Source of the DNA: an uncultured Alphaproteobacteria bacterium
GTDB lineage: Bacteria; Pseudomonadota; Alphaproteobacteria; Rhizobiales; Xanthobacteraceae
DNA length: 64,000 bases
Assembly (NCBI GenBank): GCA_963733165.1
Contig: CAVTCD010000003.1
Coordinates: 147,516 to 211,515 of the forward strand
Reading direction: 5' to 3'
Part shown: piece after piece, positions 47,803 through 57,857 of the stretch
How the letters are laid out: each line of letters starts with the position of its first letter
How positions within the stretch are numbered: the stretch's first letter is position 1
Translations under genes and position numbers: made by a program
The notes under the pieces: model-generated
What the model was told of the DNA's origin: nothing
Databases searched by the model: none
The model's input: only the letters and a program-made list of their open reading frames with translations

Positions 47803-48681
47803 TCAACGAACAAACTTGTAGCGAAACCGGTCGCCGTCGGCCTCGATGCGGCCGGTGGTTGGATGCGGGAAGTGGATCGGCAGCACGAACGTGCCGGTTC
47901 CGGCGGTGTCGCTCAAGAATTTTCGCCGCGAGCGGGCGGCCTGCGCCGGATCCCAATCGAAGATCGTCGACCAGTCCGGCTCCCGGCACTGCAAGGCGTG
48001 ATGCATCATATCGCCGACGACGACGGCGTGAAGGCCGCGCGAGCGGATATTGACGCAGCAATGGCACGGCGAGTGGCCCGGCGTCGGAGTGAGCGTGAAC
48101 GTATCGTCGAGCGCGAAATCGTCGTCGACCAGGAGCGCCTGGCCGGCCGCGACCACCGGCTCGCAATTATAGCCCCACACATTGCCGCCGCCGCCGGGGC
48201 GATTGCCGCCGCGTTTATATTCGTCTTCCCAGGCGGCGTATTCGCCCTTGTGGAAAATGTATTTGGCGTTCGGGAAGGTCGGCACCCATTTGCCATTGCG
48301 CAGCATCGTGTTCCAGCCGGTGTGGTCGATGTGCAGGTGGGTGCAGAACACGTAGTCGATATCTTCGAAGCGCAGGCCGGCCGCGGCAAAGCCGTCGAGC
48401 CAGGGCTTTTTGGGAAAATCCATCGGCGGCGGATAGCCCTTGTCCTCGCCGGTGCAGGTGTCGATCAGGATGGTGTGCTTGGGCGTGCGCACCACGTAGG
48501 TCTGATAGGTGATGACCATCTTGCCCGACGCCGGATCGAACACTTCCGCATCGAGCTCGGCGAGGTGGCGTTTGCCGACTTCGGGGCTATAGGCGGGAAA
48601 CATCTCTTCCGGCTTTCGCCACGGCCCGTCGCGTTCGATGATACTGGTGATGGTGACGTCGCCAATCGTGAGCTTTTTCAT
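47803..48681 (-). CDS. MBL-fold metallo-hydrolase (lactonase-like)
   Basis: ORF 47803..48735 taken from the internal MKKLTIGDVTITSI. Contains the HLHIDHTGW (HxHxDH) motif. Confidence 0.85.
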   Translation of the reverse strand: MKKLTIGDVTITSIIERDGPWRKPEEMFPAYSPEVGKRHLAELDAEVFDPASGKMVITYQTYVVRTPKHTILIDTCTGEDKGYPPPMDFPKKPWLDGFAAAGLRFEDIDYVFCTHLHIDHTGWNTMLRNGKWVPTFPNAKYIFHKGEYAAWEDEYKRGGNRPGGGGNVWGYNCEPVVAAGQALLVDDDFALDDTFTLTPTPGHSPCHCCVNIRSRGLHAVVVGDMMHHALQCREPDWSTIFDWDPAQAARSRRKFLSDTAGTGTFVLPIHFPHPTTGRIEADGDRFRYKFVR

Positions 48682-48816
48682 ATTAACCCATCCAATGATC
48701 CGGCCGGGAATCTTGCCGAGCTTATACCCGAGCATATTGTACGAAGCCGCGAAACGCCCATAGTATGGCTTGGGGAAAGTACGACTCGGGAACCCCGAGC
48801 CGGCGGGGGCAACATT

Positions 48817-49680
48817 ATGAGAATCCTGCAGTGCGCCTGCATCATCGCCTGCATGACCATTGCAGTTGCAATTCCCTATCCATTTCTACCGCGTGAGCCG
48901 TTACCCGTCGGCGACGTGAAAGCCGCCGTCGCTCCCGTGCAAGATCCCCTGCAAGATCCCGTGCAAGAACAGACGGCAAAGGCGGAGGGTGATTTTTCGT
49001 CGGACTATGCCCCTCATCCAATGCCGTCAAAAGAGGAGCTCTTAAATCTCGCTTATTACGCCTATTCCGAGGTTCCGCCCGACAGGAAACCGGCGGATAC
49101 CGTTTTAGATGCACTGCAAAACACTGCGCTTGGCACGCCGAACGAGGAGATCAAGCTTGCATCGCATGCATTCGGTCTGGACTTCGGCTTTATGAAAGCT
49201 GTCGCCAGAATCGAATCCGATTTCGATCCCACGCAGCAAACCGGATCTTATATCGGGCTGTTTCAGCTCAGCCATTACGAGTTCAACAAATACGGGGCCG
49301 GCGACATTGTCAGTGCGCGCGACAACGCCATCGCTGCCGCCTATAAATTTACCACCGCGGCGATCCTGTTCGAATTGGTGACACACAAGAAACCGACCTT
49401 GGATGATCTTTATTTGATCCATCAACAGGGAACGCAGGGCGCGGAGGAACACGTCAGCCATCCGGAGCGGATAGCCTGGAAGTCGATGTGCGCCACCGAC
49501 GAAGGCAGGGAAAAAGGCGAGAAATGGTGCAAGCGCGCCATTTGGCTCAATACGCTTCCGGCTCTAAAGAAGATTGTGAAAAAAGTCGATAATCTGACTT
49601 CAGGCGCGTTTGTGGCGATGTGGCAGCAGCAGGTGGCTCTATTCTATGCGCGCTATTCCGACGCGATTACCGAGAAATAA
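48817..49680 (+). CDS. SLT-domain (lytic transglycosylase-like) membrane-anchored protein, compositionally atypical
   Basis: ORF 47863..49680 taken from the internal MRILQCACIIACMTIAVAI (TM helix). SLT-like motifs AVARIESDFDP, IGLFQLS and AAAYKF. Many A/T-ending codons, unlike the neighbours. Confidence 0.7.
   Translation: MRILQCACIIACMTIAVAIPYPFLPREPLPVGDVKAAVAPVQDPLQDPVQEQTAKAEGDFSSDYAPHPMPSKEELLNLAYYAYSEVPPDRKPADTVLDALQNTALGTPNEEIKLASHAFGLDFGFMKAVARIESDFDPTQQTGSYIGLFQLSHYEFNKYGAGDIVSARDNAIAAAYKFTTAAILFELVTHKKPTLDDLYLIHQQGTQGAEEHVSHPERIAWKSMCATDEGREKGEKWCKRAIWLNTLPALKKIVKKVDNLTSGAFVAMWQQQVALFYARYSDAITEK
48937..48972 (+). repeat. in-frame 12-nt x3 (third copy degenerate) tandem repeat
   Basis: GTGCAAGATCCC CTGCAAGATCCC GTGCAAGAACAG encodes VQDP LQDP VQEQ. 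Confidence 0.7.
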
Positions 49681-49682
49681 AA

Positions 49683-50024
49683 CTATTTGAAGCGTTCGCC
49701 CGGCGGCGCGATTTCAGTCACCAGATCGCGAATGAGCTTTTTGTTCGGCAACGGCGTCAACGTCATCTCGCGCGGTTCGAGCCGTGCGGTGCAGGCATAG
49801 ACCGTCTCGCCGTCGAGCTGGATCATGCATTCCTTGCAGGCATTGGCGTTGATGCAGGAGAAGCGAATCGCCAGCGACGGATCCTGGTTGATGCGCAGCC
49901 AGCGCAGGCCGTCGAGCACCGACTGGCCCGGCTCGAACGGCACCTCGAACGTCTGCCATCGCCCGGCATCACGCTCGGCGCCGCGCCAGATTTTCAGCGT
50001 GGCCTTTGCTGCTCGCGCGTTCAT
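49683..50024 (-). CDS. 2Fe-2S iron-sulfur subunit (succinate dehydrogenase/fumarate reductase Fe-S N-domain-like)
   Basis: ORF track, 113 aa. Cys cluster SCINANACKECMIQLDGETVYAC. Its ATG overlaps the stop of the upstream flavoprotein gene (ATGA). Confidence 0.75.
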   Translation of the reverse strand: MNARAAKATLKIWRGAERDAGRWQTFEVPFEPGQSVLDGLRWLRINQDPSLAIRFSCINANACKECMIQLDGETVYACTARLEPREMTLTPLPNKKLIRDLVTEIAPPGERFK

Positions 50025-51732
50025 AATGCGAGCGCCTCGGCCGGCGCGCCGGAAATCCGCATGTCGCCGCCGCGCAGCGTGACGCGCTGATGCAGCTGCC
50101 AGTGCGGCAGCGTCTGCGGAAAATCTTCGCGCTGATGCGCGCCGCGGCTTTCGCCGCGGTTGAGCGCGGCTTGCGCGACCGCGCGCGCCACCGCGAGCAT
50201 GTTGCGCAGATCAAACCATTCGAGCCGCTGCAGATCGAACAATCCCCCGCCGAAGGAGGAGGCCGGCGGCCGCTCGCCAAGCTCGGCCGTCAGCGCGGCA
50301 ATGCCGGCCAGCGCGCGGGTGAGCTTTGCGCCGGTGCGCAGCGGGCCGACATCGTCGGCCATGATCGTTTGCAGACGCGCGATCATCGCCGCGGTATTGC
50401 GCGCGCCGCCACTCGGCGCCGCGGCGCGCACCAGATCGAGCGCCGCGCCCGTGTCTTGCGCGCGGAAATTTTGCCGCGACTCCTGTTTGGCGCGGTCGGC
50501 GGCGCTGCGGCCGGCGCGGCGGCCGAACACCAAAGCCTCCGTAATGGCGTTGCCGGACAGCCGGTTGGCGCCGTTCGGGCCGCCGACCACTTCGCCGGCG
50601 ACGAATAAACCGGGCACCGACGTCGCCATGCTGGGCTCGGCGACCACGCCGCCCATGTGGTAATGCGCGATCGGCGCCACCTCGACCGGCATTTTGGTCA
50701 GATCGATGGCGTTGGCGGCGAGGCGATCGATCACCGGACCGAACGCCGCGCGCAACGCCGCTTCGCTGCAATGCTCGAACGAGAGATAAGCGCCGCCATG
50801 CGGCGAGCCGCGCCCGGCCTCGACTTCTTTCATGATGGCGTAGGTGGCGAGGTCGCGCGCCAAGACGTATTTGCCGTCCTCGTCCGAACCGTATCGCGAG
50901 GTGAATTCTTCCATCGACCCATTGAGCAGCCTGCCGCCGAGCTTGTAGCGGAACGGATCCCACATGATCGGGTCCATGCCGACCAGCCGCGGCGCCAAAT
51001 GCCCGATCGGGAAGAACTGCACGAATTCCATGTCGATCAGCGCGCAGCCGGCGCGCAAGGCGAGCGCGTAGCCGTCGCCGCCCATATTGGTCGAGGCGCT
51101 GTTGCGCCTATAAAGGCGAGTAAGCCCGCCGGTCGCCAGCACCGTTGCCTTGGCTGCGATGATGACCGGCGCGCCGGAGCCGAGATGATAGCCGACCGCC
51201 CCGGCGACCTCGCCATCGCTCGACAACGAGATCGACGATGCAGAGGTCGCCGACCTTGCGGATGTTCGCTTGCGCGCGATCTGCGTGCGCAGCGTCTTCG
51301 ACACCGCCGGGCCGGTATTGATGAAATCGACATAGACGCAGCGCGGCCGGTCGTGGCCAGGCGCCGTGGTCGCGGCGATGTGACCGTCTTTGCGCGCCCA
51401 GCCGACGCCCCAGCGCATCGAGCTCGCGGATGCAGTCCGGCGCGTCTTCGCACAGCAGCTGCGCCAAATTTTCGTCGCACAGGCCGCGGCCGGCGGCGAT
51501 GGTGTCGGCAGTAATGGTGCTGCCGGATCGTCGGGCACCTCTTCGCCGAGCGCCACGGCCACCGTCATCTGCGCCATCACGGTGGCGCCGCCGCGCCCGA
51601 TCAGGCTCCGGTCGGCAGAGCATGCAAACCGCGCGCGCCGCGCCGCGCCGCCTCGATCGCGGCATACATGCCCGCGGCGCCGGAGCCGATGACCAGCACA
51701 TCGGTTTCGAGGGCGATGGGGTCTGGGGTCAT
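50021..51732 (-). pseudogene. FAD-binding flavoprotein (SdhA/FrdA/NadB-like), 6-7 frameshifts in its first 600 nt
   Basis: Colinear pieces lie in three frames: MTPDPIALETDVLVIGSGAAGMYAAIEAARRGAR / DRSLIGRGGATVMAQMTVAVALGEEVPDD / RQHHY / ADTIAAGRGLCDENLAQLLCEDAPDCIRELDA / WGVGWARKDGHIAATTAPGHDRPRCVYVDFINTGPAVSKTLRTQIAR / ANIRKVGDLCIVDLVV / DGEVAGAVGYHL... The remaining about 370 codons are uninterrupted (ORF 50021..51580). Confidence 0.8.
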
Positions 51733-51754
51733 GCCTGAAGGTAGAATACCGCCC

Positions 51755-51804
51755 GTCCCCGCGAAAGCGGGGACCGAGACTGGATTCCCGGCTTTCGCGG
51801 GAAT
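51755..51804. repeat. two adjacent REP-type hairpins
   Basis: GTCCCCGCGAAAGCGGGGAC (51755..51774) and ATTCCCGGCTTTCGCGGGAAT (51784..51804). They translate as the spurious IPAKAGNPVSVPAFAG. Confidence 0.75.
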
Positions 51805-51811
51805 AAGCGGG

Positions 51812-53144
51812 TTACCCCGGCAGCGGCTTGCCGTTGGTCTCCGGCAGGAACGGCGCGACACAGAAGCCGAGGACGTAAATACAGGCGATCGTCATTGCGG
51901 CGTGGCTGTAGCCGCCGAACTGCACGATCAAGACGCCGGCAAACAGCGGCCCGAGAAAGGCGATGAAGCGCGGCGCGTTGAAGGCGAAGGCAAGCCCGGT
52001 CGCGCGCGAGCGCGTCGGGAACAGTTCCGGCAGCCAGACCGGCATCCAGGAATATTGTCCCAGCGTGAAGAACGCATTGACCGCCGCCGCGATCAGCAGC
52101 AGATCGAGATCCTGCGTCCACAGGAACAGCACCGGCGTCATGACAAAGGCCGCCGCGAAGTAAAGCATCGTGATCGGCTTGCGGCCGAAACGGTCGGCGA
52201 GAAAGCCGAGGCTGATATAGCCGAGGATGGCGCCGAAATTGTAAGCCATGCCGGCGTAACTCGCCCATTGCGGGCCCGGCAGGCCGGCTTTGGCGGCGAC
52301 CGAGGCGACATAGGGCGGCACCCACGACGAGATGCCCCACCAGGCAAGCGTCGTGGTCAGCGACATCAGAAACACCAGGACGGTGCGCCGGCGCGTCTCC
52401 GGCTCGGCGAACAGGTCGGCGACGGTGAACCGGTTCAGCGCCGTTTCCTCAGCCGAAAGCGCGGCGCCGGCAGCCTTGCGGGCGCGGGCTTCGCGGCGGC
52501 GCGCGTCGGTCTGTTGCCAAACCGCGGATTCATCGATCGAGGTCCTGATCCACAGCGTCAGCAGCGCCGGCAGAATGCCGATGACGAACATATAGCGCCA
52601 GGCATCCGGTCCGAAGCCCGAGACGAACAGCCAGACGAATGAGGCCAGAAAGAAGCCAATGCCAAGCCCGCATTGCATCAGGCCGGCGCCCTTGCCGCGC
52701 GCGTGCTGCGGCCACAGCTCGGCCATCATCGAGGAGCCGGTCGCCCATTCCGAACCGATGGCGATGCCGACGGCAAAGCGCAGCAGCGCAAACGAAATCC
52801 AGTTGAACGACAGCGCGGTGAGCCCGGTGAGCAGCGAATAGCCGAGAATGGCGTAGATCATCGTCCGCTTGCGGCCGATATAATCGGCCAGAATGCCGCC
52901 GCAGACGCCGCCGATGCCCCAGCCGAGCAAGGTGATGGCAATGATCGTGCCCGCATAGCCGGGAATTTGCGAATATTGCGCCGGTTCGAGCAGACTGTGC
53001 ATGGCGGCGCCGACGGTGAGGATCAGCGCATAGGTTTCGTAGCCGTCGAACAGCCAGCCGAGATTGGCGGCAGCGAGCGTGCGCCATTGGCTCGTGGTGA
53101 GCGAGCGATACCAAGGCAGTTTGCCGGCGCGTGAAATCCGTCAT
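51812..53144 (-). pseudogene. MFS transporter (sugar/aromatic-acid porter-like) with a +1 frameshift after codon 6
   Basis: ATG 53144 has a strong RBS GGGGAGGA and reads MTDFTR. The body AGKLPWYRSLTTSQWRTLAAANLGWLFDGYETYALILTVGAAMHSLL... (continuing as ORF 51812..53002) is in the +1 frame, and that frame has a TGA just upstream. Confidence 0.75.
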
Positions 53145-53199
53145 GTCGATCCTCCCCTTATATTTTCTTGCCGCGAAGTTAGCCGAAAGATCGCGCAAG

Positions 53200-53713
53200 T
53201 CATAGCGCCAAGCCATAATGCCAGGTCATGGCGCCAAGTCGCAGACGCGGGTCACGATGCGGGGCGGCAGGCGCGGCAAACGCCGCCGCCAGCCGCGCGG
53301 CAAATTGCCGTTCCATCTCCTTGGCCTTGGAGCGCAGCACCGGCTGGCCGAGACTGCCGAGCTTGCCGGTCAAGGCGGCCTCGACCTCGTAGTCGATCTT
53401 GGTGGCGTCGCCGTCTTCGGTCAGCCTGGTCAGCGCCGTCGCGGTGAGCCGGCCGACAATGCCGAGCGGGGCGCCTTCGACCTTGGCCTCGATCTCGCTC
53501 GGCGCCTCGGCGCGCACGACTTCGACCGTCACCTTGAACTTGAATTTCATGTAGGCGACTTTGGTTTCGAACACGCGCCGCGTAAGTGTCGGGCGCGGTC
53601 TCGGCCAGCTCGCTGACGCCGTCGACGCAGGACGCGAAGAAACGCGCATCGCGCACCGCCTTGTAAACCTCGGCGCGCGGCGCCTTGACCGTCAGTTCTC
53701 CGGAGAATTTCAT
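53200..53713 (-). pseudogene. CoxG/SRPBCC family protein with a +1 frameshift near 53575
   Basis: ORF 53252..53713 starts MKFSGELTVKAPRAEVYKAVRDARFFASCVDGVSELAETAPDTYAAR. ORF 53200..53649 continues VFETKVAYMKFKFKVTVEVVRAEAPSEIEAKVEGAPLGIVGRLTATALTRL... The 3' end is uncertain. Confidence 0.7.
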
Positions 53714-53728
53714 GGCGACTCCGCGCTT

Positions 53729-54245
53729 TCACGCGCGCAACGCCGTGAGCATGTCCTTGATATATTCGTCGGCGCTCGAAATCACCAGCATCATGACGTG
53801 CGGCCGCAATTGCGCGAGCATTTTCGACAGCGTCTCGTCGCTGGTCGCGGCGCTGCCGATGATCAGCGCCGTCGTCATGACGTGCTTGACAGCTGCAGGC
53901 TTCGCCGATGATGGCCGCCGCCGCGGCGTTTTCGCCGGCGCTCGCCACCATCACCACCAGATCGGCCGACGTCCACCTCGTCGACCAGATCCTTGGTGCG
54001 GCCGGCGAGATCGTTGAGCCAGCCGCCCATCGAGAAGCGGCTCGCCCTGCCGCGGCGCGCCGGAAAACGCCGAGGCGGTGAGGAAACTCGCGCGCTGCCA
54101 TGGCGAGCTGCGCCAGCTCCTTGACGATGCGCTCGCTCGGCGTGTCGAGCGCGATCACCTTGACGGCGCGCGGTTGCGAATTCGGCCGGTCGATGCGGAA
54201 TTTCGCCTCCGCCGCCGAACTCATCCGGGCCGATTCACTGTCCAT
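53729..54245 (-). pseudogene. hypothetical protein, about 4 +1 frameshifts
   Basis: RBS GGAGGAGA and ATG 54245. Pieces: MDSES...KVIALDTPSERIVKELAQL / PWQRASFLTASAFSGAPRQGEPLLDG / WLNDLAGRTKDLVDEVDV / ADLVVMVASAGENAAAAAIIGEACS / KHVMTTALIIGSAATSDETLSKMLAQLRPHVMMLVISSADEYIKDMLTALRA-stop. Junctions near 54105, 54027, 53967 and 53891. The total length of 517 nt is not a multiple of 3. Confidence 0.55.
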
Positions 54246-54358
54246 CGCGCGCTCTCCTCCGCACAGCGCTATCCGCAATATAGCGGAAAGTCGCAGATAT
54301 TTCATTATCCCGCAGTCTTGTATAAAGCGCTCCGTCCGAAGCTCGTCGCAGGAAGCTC

Positions 54359-54674
54359 ATGTCCGCAGCAAAGCGCCTCGAACTATGCACCACCGCCGAG
54401 GTCGCGCCCGGCGCGGCGCTCAAGGTCGAGATCGGGGATTTGGCGCTCGCCGTGTTCAATGTCGACGGCGAATTCTATCGTCACCGACGACGCCTGCACC
54501 CACGGGCCGGGCTCGCTGTCGGAAGGCTATATCGAGGACGATGTCGTCGAATGCAATTTCCACAACGGGCAGTTCAATATCCGCACCGGCGAAGTGGTGT
54601 CGCCGCCCTGCATGGTGCCGGTCAAGACCTATCCGGCCACGGTCGTCGACGGCAAAGTGACGATCGAGGTGTGA
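54359..54674 (+). pseudogene. Rieske-type [2Fe-2S] ferredoxin with a +1 frameshift near 54480
   Basis: ORF 54359..54712 reads MSAAKRLELCTTAEVAPGAALKVEIGDLALAVFNVDGEFY. The tail of ORF 54078..54674 continues VTDDACTHGPGSLSEGYIEDDVVECNFHNGQFNIRTGEVV..PCMVPVKTYPATVVDGKVTIEV, with CxH...CxxH Rieske ligands. Confidence 0.8.
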
Positions 54675-54788
54675 GCAGGCACAATTGGGCCGTGGCCCAT
54701 CTGGCGAGCTGATCGATCGTGATTTCAGTTGACGAACCGCGCGGCCCCGGCTTGTTGCTGTCCAACAAATTTATGGAGGATCGCCCCG

Positions 54789-55893
54789 ATGACGAGAACA
54801 AAGCCGCCGTTCCGCGCCGACGTGGTCGGCAGCATTTTGCGCACCGCGCCGTTGAAGGAGGCGCGCGCGAAGCGCGAAAAGGGCGAGATCACCGCGGCGC
54901 AACTCAAGGAGGTCGAGGACCGCGAGATCGAGAAGATCATCAAGAAGCAGGAGGAGGTCGGGCTCAAATGCGCGACCGACGGCGAATTCCGCCGCTCGTG
55001 GTGGCATTTCGATTTCTACGGCATGCTCGACGGCGTCGAGATCGACGAGCTCGATCACGGCATCCAGTTTCAGGGCGTGCAGACCCGGCCGCGCACGCCG
55101 CGCATCACCGGCAAGCTCGGCTTCTCCAACCATCCGATGCTGGAGCATTTCAAGTTTCTCAAGGCGCACACCCGCGTCACGCCGAAAATGTGCATCCCGA
55201 GCCCGGCGACGCTGCATTTCCGCCTCGAGCCGAACGCCATCGAGACCAAGGACTATGCCGACCGCAGCGCCATCTTCGACGATCTGGCGAAGACCTACCG
55301 GCAGGCGATCCGCGGCTTCTACGACGCCGGCTGCCGCTATCTGCAATTCGACGACACCGCCTGGGCCTATCTGTGCTCGCAGGCCGAGCTGAAGAAGGCG
55401 CGCGACCGCGGGCTCGACGCCGACCGGCTGCAGCAGGACTATGCCCGCGTCATCAACATGCGCGCTCGAAGGCAAGCCCGCCGACATGGTGGTCACGACC
55501 CATGTCTGCCGCGGCAATTTCCGCTCGACCTGGATTTCCGAAGGCGGCTACGAGCCGGTCGCCGAGACCATGCTCGGCAAGCTGAACTACGACGGCTATT
55601 TCCTCGAATACGACACCGCGCGCGCCGGCGGCTTCGAGCCGCTGCGCTTTCTGCCCAAGGGCAACAAGATCGTCGTGCTCGGCCTCGTCACCACCAAATC
55701 CGGCACGCTCGAAAAGAAGGACGACGTCAAGCGGCGCATCGACGAAGCGACCAAATTCGCCGCGCTCGATCAGCTTGCTCTGTCGCCGCAATGCGGCTTC
55801 GCCTCGACCGAGGAAGGCAATGTGCTCGCCGAAGAAGAGCAATGGGCGAAGCTGCGCATGGTCGTCGAACTGGCGGACGAGGTGTGGGGCTGA
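54789..55893 (+). pseudogene. cobalamin-independent methionine synthase (MetE C-terminal domain)-like protein with a +1 frameshift near 55460
   Basis: ORF 54729..55988 taken from the internal MTRTKPPFRADVVGSILR (RBS GGAGGA) reads through to ...DYARVIN. ORF 55441..55893 continues ALEGKPADMVVTTHVCRGNFRSTW...LALSPQCGFAST. Confidence 0.8.
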
Positions 55894-55899
55894 CCGGTC

Positions 55900-56623
55900 T
55901 CAGACTTGCGCGATCAGCCTTCTTGCGCCGAGCCGCTTGTGCACATGCACCATCAGCGCCATGGCGAACAGCGGCGTCGCCAGATTGACGATCGGGATCG
56001 AGACGAAGGCGGCGATGAACAGGCCGCCGACATAGACCGTCGCGGCATTGCGCTTGCGCAGCGCTTGGCTTCGGCCGGCGGCCGGAACCGCATGGCGGCA
56101 AGCTCGAAATATTCGCGGCCGAGAATATAGGCGGTGGCGAGGAAGAAGATCACGGCGCCGAAGCCGGCGAAGAGCAACAGCGGCGCGGCGCACAGATAGA
56201 TCAAGACCGCCAGCAGCGCCGTCTTGATGCCTTCCCACAGCGCCAGCCACAGCGGCAGCGCCTTGCCGGGCGGATCGGCCGGATAATGCTCGCGCTCGAC
56301 TTCGTCGGCGATGCGGTCGGCGAAGAAGCTGCCGACCACGGCCGTCACCGCCGGCATCAGCAAGACACTGCCGACGACAATGCCGAAGCCCGGCGGCGAT
56401 CGACAGCAGCCAGGCAAGGGCGCTCGCCGGCGCGTGCGCCTGCGGGCCGAGCGTCGTCTCCACCGAGGCGCCGCCGGCGCCGAGCAGATGCACGATCAGC
56501 CGTTCGAGCGCGATGCCGGCGACGACGATGAGCGCCAGCGCAAGCCCGATCGATCTTCCACAGCACCGCGCGCAGCGGCGGCGCGAACATCTGGGTGATC
56601 GCGTTGATGGCGTCGTCGAGCAT
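55900..56623 (-). pseudogene. EI24/CysZ-like membrane protein, 3 frameshifts
   Basis: RBS AGGAGG and ATG 56623. Pieces: MLDDAINAITQMFAPPLRAVLWK / SIGLALALIVVAGIALERLIVHLLGAGGASVETTLGPQAHAPASALAWLLSIAA / GFGIVVGSVLLMPAVTAVVGSFFADRIADEVEREHYPADPPGKALP...YFELAAMRFRPPAEAK / LRKRNAATVYVGGLFIAAFVSIPIVNLATPLFAMALMVHVHKRL... Confidence 0.7.
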
Positions 56624-56822
56624 GGCGGCCTCCTTGCGTATCCCGGGGGCGGCAGCGTAAACGGTGCCTGACGCGGATCGCGCGGACCGTCGACGAGCTC
56701 TGCGAGGTACCGATCTCGGATTCCCTGCGAGCGCATCACTGCGTGACTTCGCGCGTCCGTGAATGTCGTTCAGGCATCGGCTCTTAAGCGCAGCCGCCGC
56801 AATGACGCAGCGCGTCACGCGG

Positions 56823-57638
56823 CTAGCGCTTCGCGTCGTCGTCCGCGCGCTGCTGCGGCACCAGCGGAATATCCGCCGCTTCGCGGCGCGCCGCGACAGG
56901 TCGGCCCATTGCAGCGACTTGTAGTCGAAGCCGCGCGCGATGGTCGGCTTGACCACGTTGAAATAGGGCGAAATGTCGAAGTCGCGCGGGCAATACAGCG
57001 AGGAGTGGCGGATTTCCAAAATCTCCTCGCGCGCCTGCCGGCTGCCGGTGAGCTTGATCTTGGGCAGGATCGGATAGCGCACGGCGCGGAACGCATCCGC
57101 GATCAGCGCCGAGCAGATCAGCCGCGTCGGATCGCCCGAGCCGAGCGCGATCATGCGCCGGCGCCAGCGGTGCGGCACCGGCAGCGGCAACAGATAGCGC
57201 AACAGGTCGATGATGTTTTTCAGATCGTAGGCGAAGCCGATGCGCTCGACGGCATAGGCGCAGACCAGCGCGCAATCCGCTTCGGTCAGGCCGACCGGCC
57301 GGCAAATCCGGGTGTGGAAGCGGGTGTATTTCGACAGCGGCGCCGAGACGACGCCCTCGCCGACATTGGCCTCGATCAGCACATGCGGCTCGCCGTCGGC
57401 GGTGCGTGCGGCCGGCGAGCGGCCCGACATAAAGCGCCGAATGCGACCAGGTCGACTGCGTGAGGTATTTGATGACGCCGGCGATGTGGTTGTTGCCCTC
57501 GACCAGGAGCACGTCGCCGGGCTGCAGCGATTGGCGCAACGCCTCGGGATCGCTCGGCGTAAACGGCTCGTAGCCGTGCACCGGCTTTTGCAAGTAGCGG
57601 GCGATCACCCGCCCAACGCCGTCGAGCATCCTGCTCAT
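56823..57638 (-). pseudogene. YiiX-family permuted papain-like protein, 2 frameshifts
   Basis: RBS GGGAGG and ATG 57638. Pieces: MSRMLDGVGRVIARYLQKPVHGYEPF...PGDVLLVEGNNHIAGVIKYLTQSTWSHSALYVGPLAGRT / ADGEPHVLIEANVGEGVVSAPLSKY...ICSALIADAF...YKSLQWADLS / REAADIPLVPQQRADDDAKR-stop. Junctions near 57418 and 56890. The family name is from memory. Confidence 0.65.
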
Positions 57639-57857
57639 GGTGGGCCTCCCAGCCACGCGCGCGCGGTTTTGCCGCGTCTCTGTTTTTGGACTTATTTTAT
57701 GTCCTCTTTTATGCCAACTCCCTTGCAATTTGGTTCACACCGCGGCCGCCCCGATTGACCGGGCTTTAAGCATGGCGTTTGCCCGCCCTGCGCCGTTCGG
57801 TGCAATCTGCGTCGGGGTATCAGCCGAAAAGCAATTGGAAACCATGCCGCGCAAACC

